Shown here: one piece after another, positions 50,245-61,364 of the stretch
How the letters are laid out: each line of letters begins with the position of its first letter
Position numbering within the stretch: the stretch's first letter is position 1
NCBI GenBank assembly: GCA_002170535.1
Contig: NHDW01000004.1
Location: 250,190-314,189 of the forward strand
DNA from: Methylococcaceae bacterium TMED69
GTDB lineage: Bacteria > Pseudomonadota > Gammaproteobacteria > Ga0077536
Reading direction: 5' to 3'
Length of the DNA stretch: 64,000 nucleotides
Translations under genes and position numbers: made by a program
The notes under the pieces: generated by a model
Databases searched by the model: none
The model's input: the letters and a program-made list of their open reading frames with translations, nothing else
What the model was told of the DNA's origin: nothing

Positions 50245-51138
50245 ATGAAATTGAACTCAGTAACAGGTACGTTTCTTAAGAATGAGTCAATGGCTAACCA
50301 TACCTCTTGGCGTTGCGGAGGTCGTGCAGCATTTTTTTTCGAGCCTAGGAGTTTAAAGGATTTGGGAATTTTCTTAGCCTCTTTCAAAGAGAAAAAAGAA
50401 ATTTTTTTAGTGGGTTTGGGCAGCAACTTGTTAGTAAGAGATAAAGGTTTTGATGGTGTTATTATATCAACAGCAAAATTTTTAAATAAAATACAATGGA
50501 AAGGAGAATTTTCAGAATTAAATGTAGAGTGCGGTGTTTCTTGCGCAAAAATTGCTCGTGAATCGGTAAAAAAAAACATGAAGGGCCTGGAATTCTTTGT
50601 TGGTATTCCAGGTACTGTAGGGGGTGCACTTAAAATGAATGCCGGAGCAAATGGTAAAGATACCTGGCAGAATATTAAATCGGTCGACGTAATTTCAAGA
50701 GAAGGGTATATAGAAACACTTGACAGAAATTCTTTTAATCCTGGTTATCGTACGATTGATGGCAAAAATAAATGGTTTGTAAAAGCGTGTTTTCATTTGG
50801 AGAAAAATTTAAATAAGGATGGTTCCGCTAAAATTAAAGAGATTCTCTCCCAAAGAAAGGTGACACAACCAACGGGCTCTTTTAGCTGTGGTTCGGTTTT
50901 TATAAACCCAGAAAATTATTTTGCGGGAAAATTGATTGAGGAATGTGGTTTGAAAGGAGTCAGAGTTGGTGGTGCTATAGTGTCCGAAAAACACGCAAAT
51001 TTTATACTTAATGATAGAGGGGCGTCTGCATCAGATATTGAGAAATTGATAGAGCTTGTAAGAAATCAAGTCCGAAAAAAAACCGGAATCAAATTAGAGT
51101 GTGAAGTGAAAATTATCGGAAAAAAGACAAATGAATAG
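50245..51138 (+). CDS. murB: UDP-N-acetylenolpyruvoylglucosamine reductase
   Basis: GLGSNLLV.D, GIPGTVGG..KMNAGA, GSVF.NP, SEKHANF. Confidence 0.96.
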   Translation: MKLNSVTGTFLKNESMANHTSWRCGGRAAFFFEPRSLKDLGIFLASFKEKKEIFLVGLGSNLLVRDKGFDGVIISTAKFLNKIQWKGEFSELNVECGVSCAKIARESVKKNMKGLEFFVGIPGTVGGALKMNAGANGKDTWQNIKSVDVISREGYIETLDRNSFNPGYRTIDGKNKWFVKACFHLEKNLNKDGSAKIKEILSQRKVTQPTGSFSCGSVFINPENYFAGKLIEECGLKGVRVGGAIVSEKHANFILNDRGASASDIEKLIELVRNQVRKKTGIKLECEVKIIGKKTNE

Positions 51139-52087
51139 TGCATCAAAACTTTTGAAGAGTATTGAGAATTCCGTTGGTAAAATATTAGTAGTGATGGGAG
51201 GTTCATCTGCAGAAAGAGAGATTTCGATACAGAGTGGTGAAGCAGTTCATAGTTCACTATGTAATTCACAATTAGAATCTTGTCTGTATGACTGGTCAGG
51301 CAAGGAGTTAGATTTTATACAAACCGTGGAATTTGATATTTGTTTTATTGCAGTGCACGGACGAGGAGGCGAAGATGGGAAGCTTCAGGCTGCCTTAGAG
51401 ATACATGGTAAGCCGTTTACAGGTTCTGGCTTTATGGCTTCAGCTATTGCGATGCATAAATATAGGACTAAACAAATCTGGTCATTTAATGGGTTAACTA
51501 CACCTAGAAGTTTACTGTGGCAAAATAACATTAGTCAGCAATTTATCTTGGATGAATTAGGCCTTCCACTGATGATCAAACCAGCCCATGAAGGCTCGAG
51601 TGTAGGCGTTTCTCTCGTTTTAAAGGAAGATGATATTTCACCTGCACTCCAAAAGGCACAGAAATTTGACAATGAAATATTGATTGAGCAGTTTATTCAG
51701 GGGGACGAATATACAGTTTCAATATTAGGCGATCATCCTCTACCATCAATAAAACTGGAGACCCCAAGGCAATTTTATGATTATCATGCCAAGTATTCGT
51801 CTGAAGACACCAGATATATTTGCCCAAGCGGATTGAGTAACATTGATGAACTAACAATTTCAGATATTGCTATCAAAGCTTTCAAAGCGCTTGGTTGTGA
51901 CGGCTGGGGCCGTGTAGATTTTATTCGAAATAGCTCAGGAGAATTTTTTCTAATCGAGGTGAATACAGTACCTGGAATGACAAATCACTCATTAGTGCCA
52001 ATGGCTGCTTTGGAAGTGGGAATTTCATTTGATGAACTTGTATTAAGAATATTGAGCTCATCTTTAGAAGGTTTAGAGCATGAATAG
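51131..52087 (+). CDS. ddl: D-alanine-D-alanine ligase
   Basis: GGSSAEREIS, HGRGGEDG, EGSSVG, YDYHAKY, EVNTVPGMT. Confidence 0.97.
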   Translation: MNSASKLLKSIENSVGKILVVMGGSSAEREISIQSGEAVHSSLCNSQLESCLYDWSGKELDFIQTVEFDICFIAVHGRGGEDGKLQAALEIHGKPFTGSGFMASAIAMHKYRTKQIWSFNGLTTPRSLLWQNNISQQFILDELGLPLMIKPAHEGSSVGVSLVLKEDDISPALQKAQKFDNEILIEQFIQGDEYTVSILGDHPLPSIKLETPRQFYDYHAKYSSEDTRYICPSGLSNIDELTISDIAIKAFKALGCDGWGRVDFIRNSSGEFFLIEVNTVPGMTNHSLVPMAALEVGISFDELVLRILSSSLEGLEHE

Positions 52088-52814
52088 GAGATTTGATTTT
52101 AACGATTTTGAATTAAATGGAAAAAATTCTATTTTTAAGAGTTTATCAGTTTTTATTTTTATAATGATTCCGATATTGGCCTATTATTTAATCCTGAGCG
52201 AGAGCTCTAACCTGTTTCCAATTAAAGAAGTTTATATAGATGGAGATTTAAAGTATCTGGATCAAGAACAGTTGAAACAAGATATCGCTAATTATACAAA
52301 GAAAGGCTTTTTTCAAATTGATTTAAAAAAAATATCTCAGTTGCTACAAGATGATCGTTGGGTTTCCGAGGTGTCAGTACGTAGGATTTGGCCATCATCC
52401 GTACTTGTAAAGATTAAGGAAAGAACTCCAAAAGCAAAACTAAATAAAAACAGTTTTTTTGATGAAAAGGGGAATATATTCAAGCCTTTATATATACCAC
52501 ATATTAATATTTTACAGATTGAGGATTTATCTGGTGATCCAGAGAAGCTTTTTTTTATTGCAAATCAGATAAATAAAAAATTTATAGAAAACGGATTATT
52601 TCTTAAGAGCCTGAAAAAAACAAAATTAGGAATTATTAAACTTGAATTAAGCGACTTCAAAGAGGTAGTACTGGGGGATGAACTTAATTTTGAGGATAAT
52701 TTAGTGAGATTTTTAAATGGTTATCAATTAGTCCTTAAGTCGTTATGGTTTAAAGTAGCTAAAGTTGATCTTCGGTATATTGATGGATTTGCCGTGAGAT
52801 TCGAAAAGAATTAG
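52080..52814 (+). CDS. ftsQ: Cell division protein FtsQ
   Basis: TM plus POTRA (WV..VSVRRIWP), C-terminal DLRY.DGFAV. Confidence 0.92.
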   Translation: MNRRFDFNDFELNGKNSIFKSLSVFIFIMIPILAYYLILSESSNLFPIKEVYIDGDLKYLDQEQLKQDIANYTKKGFFQIDLKKISQLLQDDRWVSEVSVRRIWPSSVLVKIKERTPKAKLNKNSFFDEKGNIFKPLYIPHINILQIEDLSGDPEKLFFIANQINKKFIENGLFLKSLKKTKLGIIKLELSDFKEVVLGDELNFEDNLVRFLNGYQLVLKSLWFKVAKVDLRYIDGFAVRFEKN

Positions 52815-52829
52815 GTAAGGACCAATAAA

Positions 52830-54062
52830 ATGAGAAAAAAAGATGAAAAGAAATTAGTGGTAAGTCTAGATATTGGAACTTCGAAAGTCGTGGCAATAAT
52901 TGCGTCAATTTCGATGCAGCACGAAATAGAGATTATTGGGGTAGGTTGGGAGCCCTCAAAAGGGCTTAAAAAAGGTGTTGTAGTAGATATAGAATCCACT
53001 ATAGCCTCTATTCAAAAAGCAGTTGAAAAAGCTGAAAAAATGGCTGGTTGCCAAGCTTTCGGAGTATATGCAGGTATTGCTGGTGCTCATATTAGAAGTT
53101 TGAATTCCAATGGAATCGTTGCAATAAAAGATAATGAAGTATCCGAAGAAGATATTGATCGAGTTATTGACGCTGCGCAAGCGGTTGCGATTCCAACCGA
53201 TCAAAAGTTGTTACACATTTTGCCACAAGAATATATTATAGATGGCCAAGGGGGTATTCGAGATCCCATAGGGATGTCGGGAGTTAGACTAGAGGCCAAA
53301 GTCCATATGGTGACCTGTGCAGCCTCTGCTGTTCAGAATATTGAAAAGTGTATACGGCGTTGTGGCTTGGAAGTTGACGATATTATTCTCCAACAACTTG
53401 CATCTTCATCTGCTGTTCTTACTGAGGACGAACAGGATTTAGGTGTTTGTTTATGCGATATTGGAGGAGGCACTACTGACATCGCTGTTTATATTGACGG
53501 TACTGTTCATCATTCTGCAGCAATATCAATCGCTGGAGATCAGGTAACTAATGACATTGCTATTGCTCTTACAACACCAACAAAAGATGCCGAAGACTTG
53601 AAGATAAGATTTGCTTGTGCGTTAACACAGCTTGCGGATGCAAATGAGCAGATTGAGGTCCCAAGTGTGGGCGATAAACCACCGAGAACTCTTACTAGAC
53701 AGACTCTTGCTGAAGTAGTAGAGCCCAGGTACGAAGAGCTGTTCACCTTAATCTACGATGAGCTAGAAAGAGCTGGCATGCTATCAAAGATTGGTGCAGG
53801 AATCGTGTTAACGGGCGGTGGCTCTAAATTATCTGGTGCACTCGAATTGGCTGAAGAAATTTTTAATATGCCAGTGAGGCTTGCAATTCCTCACAAGATC
53901 AGCGGTCTAAAAGACGTTGTTAGAAATCCTATTTATTCAACCGGAATAGGTTTGATACTTTTTGGAAATGACCCAAAAAATAATTCTAAATGGATATCTG
54001 AGTCAAATCATAGAGGCTCTCTTTTTTACAATTTTAAAAACTGGTTTCATAAAAACTTTTGA
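52830..54062 (+). CDS. ftsA: Cell division protein FtsA
   Basis: LDIGTSKV, DIGGGTTD, VLTGGGS, C-terminal amphipathic helix. Confidence 0.98.
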   Translation: MRKKDEKKLVVSLDIGTSKVVAIIASISMQHEIEIIGVGWEPSKGLKKGVVVDIESTIASIQKAVEKAEKMAGCQAFGVYAGIAGAHIRSLNSNGIVAIKDNEVSEEDIDRVIDAAQAVAIPTDQKLLHILPQEYIIDGQGGIRDPIGMSGVRLEAKVHMVTCAASAVQNIEKCIRRCGLEVDDIILQQLASSSAVLTEDEQDLGVCLCDIGGGTTDIAVYIDGTVHHSAAISIAGDQVTNDIAIALTTPTKDAEDLKIRFACALTQLADANEQIEVPSVGDKPPRTLTRQTLAEVVEPRYEELFTLIYDELERAGMLSKIGAGIVLTGGGSKLSGALELAEEIFNMPVRLAIPHKISGLKDVVRNPIYSTGIGLILFGNDPKNNSKWISESNHRGSLFYNFKNWFHKNF

Positions 54063-54096
54063 TAAAAATCATTAATGACTAAATGGAGTATTAATT

Positions 54097-55212
54097 ATGT
54101 CTCAATTCGAAATACTAGAATCAACTAGTCGTGCGGTAATTAAAGTGATAGGTGTCGGTGGTGGGGGAAACAACGCAGTGGAACATATGTTGAAATCCAA
54201 CCTAGACGGGGTTAATTTTGTTTGTGCTAATACAGATGCTCAAGTACTAGCCGATTCTAAAGTGCAGACAACATTACAATTTGGGGACGGTATAACAAAT
54301 GGTTTAGGTGCTGGGGCGGACCCTAACGTTGGGAGACAAGCGGCAGTAGAGGACCGAGAAAGAATACGTGCTGTAGTTAAAGGATCAGATATGATCTTTG
54401 TAACTGCCGGTATGGGAGGGGGTACTGGTACTGGTGCCACTCCCGTTATTGCAGAGATAGCTAAGGAGGAAGGAATCTTAGTAGTAGCTGTTGTAACGAA
54501 ACCATTTAAATTTGAGGGCCCAACAAGAGTGAAGTTGGCTGAGGCTGGCATTCAAGATTTAGCGCAACATGTTGATTCTTTGATTACCATACCAAATGAT
54601 AAGCTTATAAGTGTATTGGGTGAAGATACCAGCTTTCTAAATGCGTTTAGCGCGGCTAATGACGTGCTGTTGAATGCGGTAAAAGGTATTTCCGAAATAA
54701 TAAATTGCAGAGGATTAATGAATGTAGATTTTGCAGATGTTAGGACCGTTATGTCTGAGATGGGGATGGCAATGATGGGTTCAGGTCTTGCCAGAGGCGA
54801 GGCTAGAGCTGAAGAGGCAGCCGAAGCCGCTATTTCAAGTCCATTGATGGAGGATATCAATATACAAGGAGCTAAAGGAGTTTTAGTAAATGTAACTGCT
54901 GGAGAAAATCTCTCGCTTATAGAATTTCATAAGGTTGGAAATACTATCCAAAAATTTGCTTCAGAAAATGCAACAATAGTGATTGGAACGGTTATAGATA
55001 ATGAGCTTGACGAGGAAATAAGGGTTACAGTAGTTGCTACTGGGTTAGAGGCCGAAAGAGTAAACGTAGAGGCTTCATCGCAATTAAATCCCATTAGAAC
55101 CGACAGAAGAACTAGAAGTCAAAATATAGAGCAGACAACTAATGATCAACCCACTGAACCAGAACAAGGGGTCTTGGATATACCGGCTTTTCTGAGGAGG
55201 CAAGCAGATTAG
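54097..55212 (+). CDS. ftsZ: Cell division protein FtsZ
   Basis: [26 protein letters not shown], tail [12 protein letters not shown]. Confidence 0.99.
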   Translation: MSQFEILESTSRAVIKVIGVGGGGNNAVEHMLKSNLDGVNFVCANTDAQVLADSKVQTTLQFGDGITNGLGAGADPNVGRQAAVEDRERIRAVVKGSDMIFVTAGMGGGTGTGATPVIAEIAKEEGILVVAVVTKPFKFEGPTRVKLAEAGIQDLAQHVDSLITIPNDKLISVLGEDTSFLNAFSAANDVLLNAVKGISEIINCRGLMNVDFADVRTVMSEMGMAMMGSGLARGEARAEEAAEAAISSPLMEDINIQGAKGVLVNVTAGENLSLIEFHKVGNTIQKFASENATIVIGTVIDNELDEEIRVTVVATGLEAERVNVEASSQLNPIRTDRRTRSQNIEQTTNDQPTEPEQGVLDIPAFLRRQAD

Positions 55213-55282
55213 ACATATCGGAACAAGGCTATTATTATTTAGAACAAACCAATACAATCATTAGTTAAATTTGGACTGAATT

Positions 55283-56191
55283 TTGATAAACCAGAGAACC
55301 TTAAAAAACTCGATCAAAGCTAGGGGGGTAGGCCTACATACAGGCAAACAAGCGTTTCTTACGCTTCATCCGGCCCCCGTAAATACAGGGATTGTCTTTA
55401 GGAGAATTGATTTGGGTGAAGATCATGAAATTCAGGCGAGAATCGAAAATGTTGGTGAGACAAGTCTTTCTACTAGCTTGGAGAAAAATGGGGTATTGAT
55501 TTCGACCATAGAGCATTTGCTCTCAGCATTTGCTGGGTTGGGTATTGATAATGCATACATAGACCTTGATGCTGCCGAAGTCCCAATAATGGATGGTAGT
55601 GCAAGTCCTTTTGTGTTTCTTCTTCAATGTGCCGGTGTCAAAGACCAGCCGGAGCCAAAGAAATTTATAAAAATTAAAAAAAATGTCTCAGTTTCAGACG
55701 GCGATAAAGAAGCTTACTTCTCGCCTTTCCAGGGATTTAAAGTATCCTTTTGTATTGAATTTGACCATCCTTTTTTTGTGAAAAGAACGAGTAAAGCGGA
55801 AATCGATTTTTCAACCACTTCTTTTGTAAAAGAAATAAGTCGGGCACGAACTTTTGGTTTTATGAGAGATGTGGAGATGTTGAGAAAAAGGCGATTAATT
55901 TTAGGCGGCAGCATGGAGAACGCGGTAGTTGTAGGAGAGGATAGCATCTTAAATGAAGATGGTTTACGGTACGAGGATGAATTTGTTAAGCATAAAATTT
56001 TAGATGCAATTGGTGATCTTTACCTACTTGGCTATAGTCTCATTGGCGCCTTTCATGGACATAAATCAGGGCACGAGCTCAATAACAAATTATTAAAAAA
56101 GGTGCTTAGCGACACCACCGCTTGGGAGCTGGTTTCTTTTGATGATGTAAGTAACGCGCCTATCATTTTTGGTGAAGTGATAAATCAGTAA
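55283..56191 (+). CDS. lpxC: UDP-3-O-acyl-GlcNAc deacetylase
   Basis: [32 protein letters not shown]; TTG start. Confidence 0.97.
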   Translation: MINQRTLKNSIKARGVGLHTGKQAFLTLHPAPVNTGIVFRRIDLGEDHEIQARIENVGETSLSTSLEKNGVLISTIEHLLSAFAGLGIDNAYIDLDAAEVPIMDGSASPFVFLLQCAGVKDQPEPKKFIKIKKNVSVSDGDKEAYFSPFQGFKVSFCIEFDHPFFVKRTSKAEIDFSTTSFVKEISRARTFGFMRDVEMLRKRRLILGGSMENAVVVGEDSILNEDGLRYEDEFVKHKILDAIGDLYLLGYSLIGAFHGHKSGHELNNKLLKKVLSDTTAWELVSFDDVSNAPIIFGEVINQ

Positions 56192-56193
56192 AT

Positions 56194-56508
56194 TTATCTT
56201 ACGTGATATTTCATACGATTTATTTTGGTTTTGATTGCCGAGATTTGAAGTTTAGGTGAAGAGGTATTAAGGTAAGTAAGCACTTCTTCTTCAATAAAAA
56301 TAAAATTTGCTTTCGATGCGCTGCTATTTAAGATAAGGGTTAATGTGCCACCTTCTAGGGAAAAAGCTTTGACATCTTGTTTAAGATTTTCTGGTAAAAA
56401 TTTTGATAATAATGAGTCTATAGTCAAATTTAATTCAGATCTTTTCTGGTAATTTCTGACCTGCTTGATTGAGTTAAGAATATCATTTATTTTGGTTATA
56501 TCTTTCAT
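56194..56508 (-). CDS. dciA: DciA / DUF721 family helicase-loader accessory protein (short)
   Basis: Canonical position (antisense, between lpxC and the M23 gene/secA); LP..L.....A..L.GGTLTL...SS pattern. Confidence 0.7.
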   Translation of the reverse strand: MKDITKINDILNSIKQVRNYQKRSELNLTIDSLLSKFLPENLKQDVKAFSLEGGTLTLILNSSASKANFIFIEEEVLTYLNTSSPKLQISAIKTKINRMKYHVR

Positions 56509-56573
56509 ATTTAGTTAACTTGAAAGAGGAAACAGGTTAAACTTAAGTCAAATAATAACATTTTATAAAATTC

Positions 56574-57488
56574 ATGGATATATTGTTAATTTCAAAACGG
56601 TCGGGACTATTGAAGCAGTTTAAAATTGGAAATATTAAGTTTATTTCAATTTTCGTGGCTTTGGTGCTGTTTTTAAGTTTATTTTTGTCGGGAGGATATT
56701 ATTTAGGCATAAAAGAAGGACAAAGAAAGAAACCTGATGTTATTTTCGCTGAAATACAGGCGCAAAAACTTTTTCTTGAAAATCTAAAAAAAGATATGGA
56801 AGAAGAGCTTGCTGCATTTTCATCGTCAACAGCCGCATTGCACGGGTATTTGAGTCGTTTAGATGCTGTTGCCGATAGGATATTGCAATCAAATAATATG
56901 GATAGTTCGGAATTCAATTTTGGAGATGCGAGCCCGATAGGCGGCCCTCAAGGGGAGGCTGCTACGCTTGAATGGTCAGAGCTAGTCAAGAACATTTCTG
57001 TCCTAGATAAAGAGATTGAGTTCAGAGAAGGTAAACTAGCACTACTTGAATCATTCTTATTAGAGAAGCAACTTCATGACCAAATTAATCCGGGTGGTAA
57101 ACCAATTAGTAAAGGTTGGATTTCTTCAGTTTATGGTTATCGACTGCATCCCATAAGCGGTAAACGTGAATTCCATAGCGGTATAGATTTCGCAGGAAAG
57201 CAAGGTTCTTTTGTTCGGAGTGTAGCTTCTGGCGTTGTTACATGGTCTGGAACACGTTGGGGCTATGGTAATATGGTTGAGATTAATCATGGAAACGGAT
57301 ATGTAACTCGTTATGCTCATAATAAAGAGAATCTTGCCGAATTAGGGCAAAAAGTTAATAAAGGAGAATCCATTGCACTGCTGGGTTCGTCTGGCATGTC
57401 CACAGGCCCCCACGTTCATTTTGAAGTTTTGTATAAAGACAAAGCTATTAACCCAAAAAAATTCATTGATGAGTATATAGAAAATTAA
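56574..57488 (+). CDS. M23 family metallopeptidase with N-terminal TM and coiled coil
   Basis: HSGID (HxxxD), GYGN, YAH, STGPHVHFEV. Confidence 0.93.
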   Translation: MDILLISKRSGLLKQFKIGNIKFISIFVALVLFLSLFLSGGYYLGIKEGQRKKPDVIFAEIQAQKLFLENLKKDMEEELAAFSSSTAALHGYLSRLDAVADRILQSNNMDSSEFNFGDASPIGGPQGEAATLEWSELVKNISVLDKEIEFREGKLALLESFLLEKQLHDQINPGGKPISKGWISSVYGYRLHPISGKREFHSGIDFAGKQGSFVRSVASGVVTWSGTRWGYGNMVEINHGNGYVTRYAHNKENLAELGQKVNKGESIALLGSSGMSTGPHVHFEVLYKDKAINPKKFIDEYIEN

Positions 57489-57534
57489 GAATCTTTATTA
57501 TCTATAGAATTTGAATTGCTGCGATAACTTTAGT

Positions 57535-60114
57535 ATGTCAAATATCTACACATCAGGCTTAAAAAAAATATTCAATTCATTCTTGGGAAGCAGAAATGAA
57601 AGAATATTGAAAAACTATATAAAAATTTGTGAAAAAATTAATTCGCTTGAACAGTCCATTAGTTCGTTAAGTGATAGCGAGTTATATTCGAAAACGGCAC
57701 AGTTGAGAGCTAAATATGTAGACGGTACGGTATTGGAGGAGTTACTGCCTGAGGCATTTGCAGTAGTACGTGAGACGAGTAAACGAGTATTAGGAATGAG
57801 GCATTTTGATGCTCAAATAATTGGTGGAATAGCCCTTCATTATGGAAAAATAGCAGAAATGAAAACAGGGGAAGGAAAAACCCTCGTTGCCACACTTCCC
57901 TCATATCTTAATGCCATTGCAGAAAAAAAAGTACACGTTATAACGGTAAACGACTATTTAGCAAATAGAGATGCTAATTGGATGTCCAAGATTTATGATG
58001 CTTTAGGGGTATCGGTTGGAATTGTTACGAATGATCTAGAGCCTGCAGGTAGAAAAGAGGCCTATGATAAAAACATAGTTTATGGCACTAATAATGAATT
58101 TGGCTTCGATTATCTAAGAGATAATATGGCTTTTACTGACGAGCAAAAAGTACAAAAAAGCCTAGATTTCGCAATAATTGACGAGGTTGATTCGATCCTG
58201 ATTGATGAGGCCAGAACTCCATTAATCATTTCTGGTCCGGCAGAGGATAAAAGTGAGTTGTATTTACTTATTAATTCTTTGATGTCTAAACTCAAAACAG
58301 GTGAAGAAGAAGACTCAGTCGATTTTACTATTGATGAAAAATCTAAGCAGATATATTTGACTGAAAGGGGACACGAAACGCTAGAATATCTGTTGACAAA
58401 TAAAGGTTTGCTCGACTCATCCGATAGTCTTTATAGCCCTTCTAATGTTTCTTTGATGCAATATATTAATGCTTCGATAAGGGCTAACGCACTCTTCCAT
58501 AAAAATACTGATTATGTTGTGAAAAATGGCCAAGTAATCATCGTTGATGAATTTACTGGAAGAACTATGCCGGGTAGGAGATGGTCTGAGGGGTTACATC
58601 AAGCTATTGAAGCTAAGGAAAAAGTGAAAATACAACCTGAAAATCAAACCTTGGCTTCGATCACTTTTCAAAATTTCTTTCGCCAATATGGAAAATTATC
58701 TGGTATGACGGGTACGGCAGACACCGAGGCTTATGAATTTCAAGAAATATATTCCTTAGAGGTCGTCGTTATACCAACTAATAAAGATATGGTTCGCAAC
58801 GATTTTGGCGATGTAATTTTTTTGAGTGCTGAAGAAAAGTATGCAGCTATAATTAATGATATAAAAGATTGTCAGGCACGAGGCCAGCCTGTATTGGTAG
58901 GCACCACATCTATCGAAATATCTGAGTTGTTAAGCAATCGCTTAAAAAAAAGTAAAATTAAGCATAATGTGCTTAATGCTAAATTTCACGAAAAGGAAGC
59001 TGAAATTATAGCTAATGCTGGTCGACCAGGCGCAATTACTGTAGCGACAAATATGGCTGGACGAGGCACTGATATTGTTTTAGGAGGTAGCTTAGCCACA
59101 GAATATGATCTCAAAGGTTTAGAGAAATGGAAAACACTGAATGAATCCGTGAAAGACTCTGGAGGTCTTCATATCATAGGCACCGAACGACATGAGTCCA
59201 GAAGAATCGATAATCAATTAAGAGGGCGGGCCGGTAGACAGGGCGATCCAGGTTCAAGTCGGTTTTATCTATCTCTTGAGGATAGTTTAATTAGAATCTT
59301 TGCGTCAGATAAAGTAACGAAATGGATGCAAATGGCAGGAATGAAAAAAGGTGAATCGATTGAGCACCCATGGATTACTAAATCGATTGAGAATGCACAA
59401 AGAAAAGTTGAGGGAAGAAATTTTGATATCAGAAAACAATTACTAGAGTTTGATAATGTTGCGAATGATCAAAGAACTCATATTTATGATCAGAGGCGTG
59501 AACTAATGGAGGCACAAGATATTTCAGATAACTTGGTGGAGATTAGACATAACGTCGTAGAGGATCTAGTTTCTGAATATATCCCTCAAAATGAATTAAG
59601 AGAGCAATGGGATATTAAGGGTTTAGATAATTATATTGAGCAGAACTATGGCTTAAACTCCGAGCTAGAAAAATTTATACAAGAAAAAGATTTTGTAACC
59701 GAAGCAGAAATTAAAGAACAAATTATAGGCACTATTAATCAAGATCATATTGACAAGATTAATTTGGTTGGTGAAGAGGCAATACAAAACCTTGAAAAGA
59801 CATTGATGCTACGGATTCTGGATACTCATTGGAAGGAACATCTAGGGAATATGGATTATCTGCGGCAAGGTATACATCTAAGAGGTTACGCTCAAAAAAA
59901 TCCAACTCAAGAATATAAAAGGGAAGCTTTTATGCTGTTTGCTGAAATGTTGTCTTCTATTACTAAAGAAACCATTGAGGTGCTGTCGAAAATTAAAGTT
60001 GATCAGAATTTTGCTAACGAAGTGAATCATCTAGATAACATTGAAAAGCCAAAAACTTCTTCTAAAGCTCTATCAAAAAACAAAAGAAAAGAGCAGAGAA
60101 GAAGGCGACGGTAA
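57535..60114 (+). CDS. secA: Preprotein translocase ATPase SecA (no C-terminal SEC-C zinc motif)
   Basis: [49 protein letters not shown]; start set at ATG 57535. Confidence 0.98.
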   Translation: MSNIYTSGLKKIFNSFLGSRNERILKNYIKICEKINSLEQSISSLSDSELYSKTAQLRAKYVDGTVLEELLPEAFAVVRETSKRVLGMRHFDAQIIGGIALHYGKIAEMKTGEGKTLVATLPSYLNAIAEKKVHVITVNDYLANRDANWMSKIYDALGVSVGIVTNDLEPAGRKEAYDKNIVYGTNNEFGFDYLRDNMAFTDEQKVQKSLDFAIIDEVDSILIDEARTPLIISGPAEDKSELYLLINSLMSKLKTGEEEDSVDFTIDEKSKQIYLTERGHETLEYLLTNKGLLDSSDSLYSPSNVSLMQYINASIRANALFHKNTDYVVKNGQVIIVDEFTGRTMPGRRWSEGLHQAIEAKEKVKIQPENQTLASITFQNFFRQYGKLSGMTGTADTEAYEFQEIYSLEVVVIPTNKDMVRNDFGDVIFLSAEEKYAAIINDIKDCQARGQPVLVGTTSIEISELLSNRLKKSKIKHNVLNAKFHEKEAEIIANAGRPGAITVATNMAGRGTDIVLGGSLATEYDLKGLEKWKTLNESVKDSGGLHIIGTERHESRRIDNQLRGRAGRQGDPGSSRFYLSLEDSLIRIFASDKVTKWMQMAGMKKGESIEHPWITKSIENAQRKVEGRNFDIRKQLLEFDNVANDQRTHIYDQRRELMEAQDISDNLVEIRHNVVEDLVSEYIPQNELREQWDIKGLDNYIEQNYGLNSELEKFIQEKDFVTEAEIKEQIIGTINQDHIDKINLVGEEAIQNLEKTLMLRILDTHWKEHLGNMDYLRQGIHLRGYAQKNPTQEYKREAFMLFAEMLSSITKETIEVLSKIKVDQNFANEVNHLDNIEKPKTSSKALSKNKRKEQRRRRR

Positions 60115-60129
60115 TAGAATTATTTAATT

Positions 60130-61350
60130 ATGCAATTTGTAAAAAATAAAATTCAAAACACTAAAGTCATTGTACGAGGAATTGAGCTATCTTCTTTGGC
60201 TGCAGGAATTCGTTATAAAGACAGACTTGATCTTTGTCTAATCAGTATAAAAACTCCATCAAATAGTGTAGTTCGATTTACTAGCAACCGGTTCCCTGCT
60301 GCACCAATCATTATTTCAAAACAACATCTTAATAAAAAAGAACCAAAATATTTGTTAATAAATGCTGGTAATGCTAATGCAGCAACTGGTGAAAAAGGCG
60401 AAAAGGATACGAGTGAGATATGTCGGGAAATATCGAAATTGACTGGATGTGAAAAAGAAGAAGTGCTTATGTTCTCTACTGGGGTGATAGGTGAGCTGTT
60501 GCCAGCTAATAAAATAATATCTTCTCTTCCGAAATTATTCAAAATAAATACGCAGTCAGGGTGGAAGGAAGCTGCTAAAGCTATAATGACTACAGACACT
60601 TTCCCCAAGATATGCGTCAGAGAATTTGAATTGGGTGGACAAAGGTACTCATTAGTCGGTATATGTAAGGGCAGTGGGATGATTCAACCTAAAATGGCGA
60701 CCATGCTAGCCTTTGTTGCCACCGATTTGCCCTTGAGTAGAAAAGCCCTTGAAGTGATCTCAGAAGCTGCTTTATCGGATAGCTTTAATAAGATAACTGT
60801 GGATGGTGAAACTTCAACTAATGATTCATTTGTTCTAATTTCCACAAACCCCGAAAACAACAATTTTTTGGATATCGATGACCCTGCTTTCAGATTAGTA
60901 AAAAGTTTAATTGCTGATTGTTGTCAAGAGTTGGCGATAAATATTGTCAAGGATGGTGAAGGTGCTACTAAATTAGTAAATATAAGAGTGAACGGAGCAG
61001 GTTCGGATAGAGAGGCTAAAATGATTGCGTCATCTATTGCTAACTCTTTGCTAGTGAAAACAGCCATTTTTGCTGAGGATCCAAACTGGGGTAGAATATT
61101 TTCAGCTGTTGGGGCTTCAGGTGCTGAGAATATTAAACAGAATATCATCGACATCTTTATTGGCGACATAAGGATATGCCACCATGGTAAGGCTGTTGAA
61201 AATTTGGATGAGTTAGAAGTTATAGCCGCCATGAGACCGCGCAATTTTGATATTCGCATTGAGCTAAATATAGGATCTTTCTCTACTGAAACTTGGACCT
61301 GCGACTTGAGTTATGATTATATAAAAATTAACGCAGAATATAGAAGTTAA
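60130..61350 (+). CDS. argJ: Ornithine acetyltransferase / N-acetylglutamate synthase
   Basis: NAGNANAATG, STGVIG, KGSGMI.PKMATML, DGETSTND, DGEGATK, TCDLSYDYIKINAEYRS. Confidence 0.97.
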   Translation: MQFVKNKIQNTKVIVRGIELSSLAAGIRYKDRLDLCLISIKTPSNSVVRFTSNRFPAAPIIISKQHLNKKEPKYLLINAGNANAATGEKGEKDTSEICREISKLTGCEKEEVLMFSTGVIGELLPANKIISSLPKLFKINTQSGWKEAAKAIMTTDTFPKICVREFELGGQRYSLVGICKGSGMIQPKMATMLAFVATDLPLSRKALEVISEAALSDSFNKITVDGETSTNDSFVLISTNPENNNFLDIDDPAFRLVKSLIADCCQELAINIVKDGEGATKLVNIRVNGAGSDREAKMIASSIANSLLVKTAIFAEDPNWGRIFSAVGASGAENIKQNIIDIFIGDIRICHHGKAVENLDELEVIAAMRPRNFDIRIELNIGSFSTETWTCDLSYDYIKINAEYRS

Positions 61351-61364
61351 CAATGGGAGGCTCA

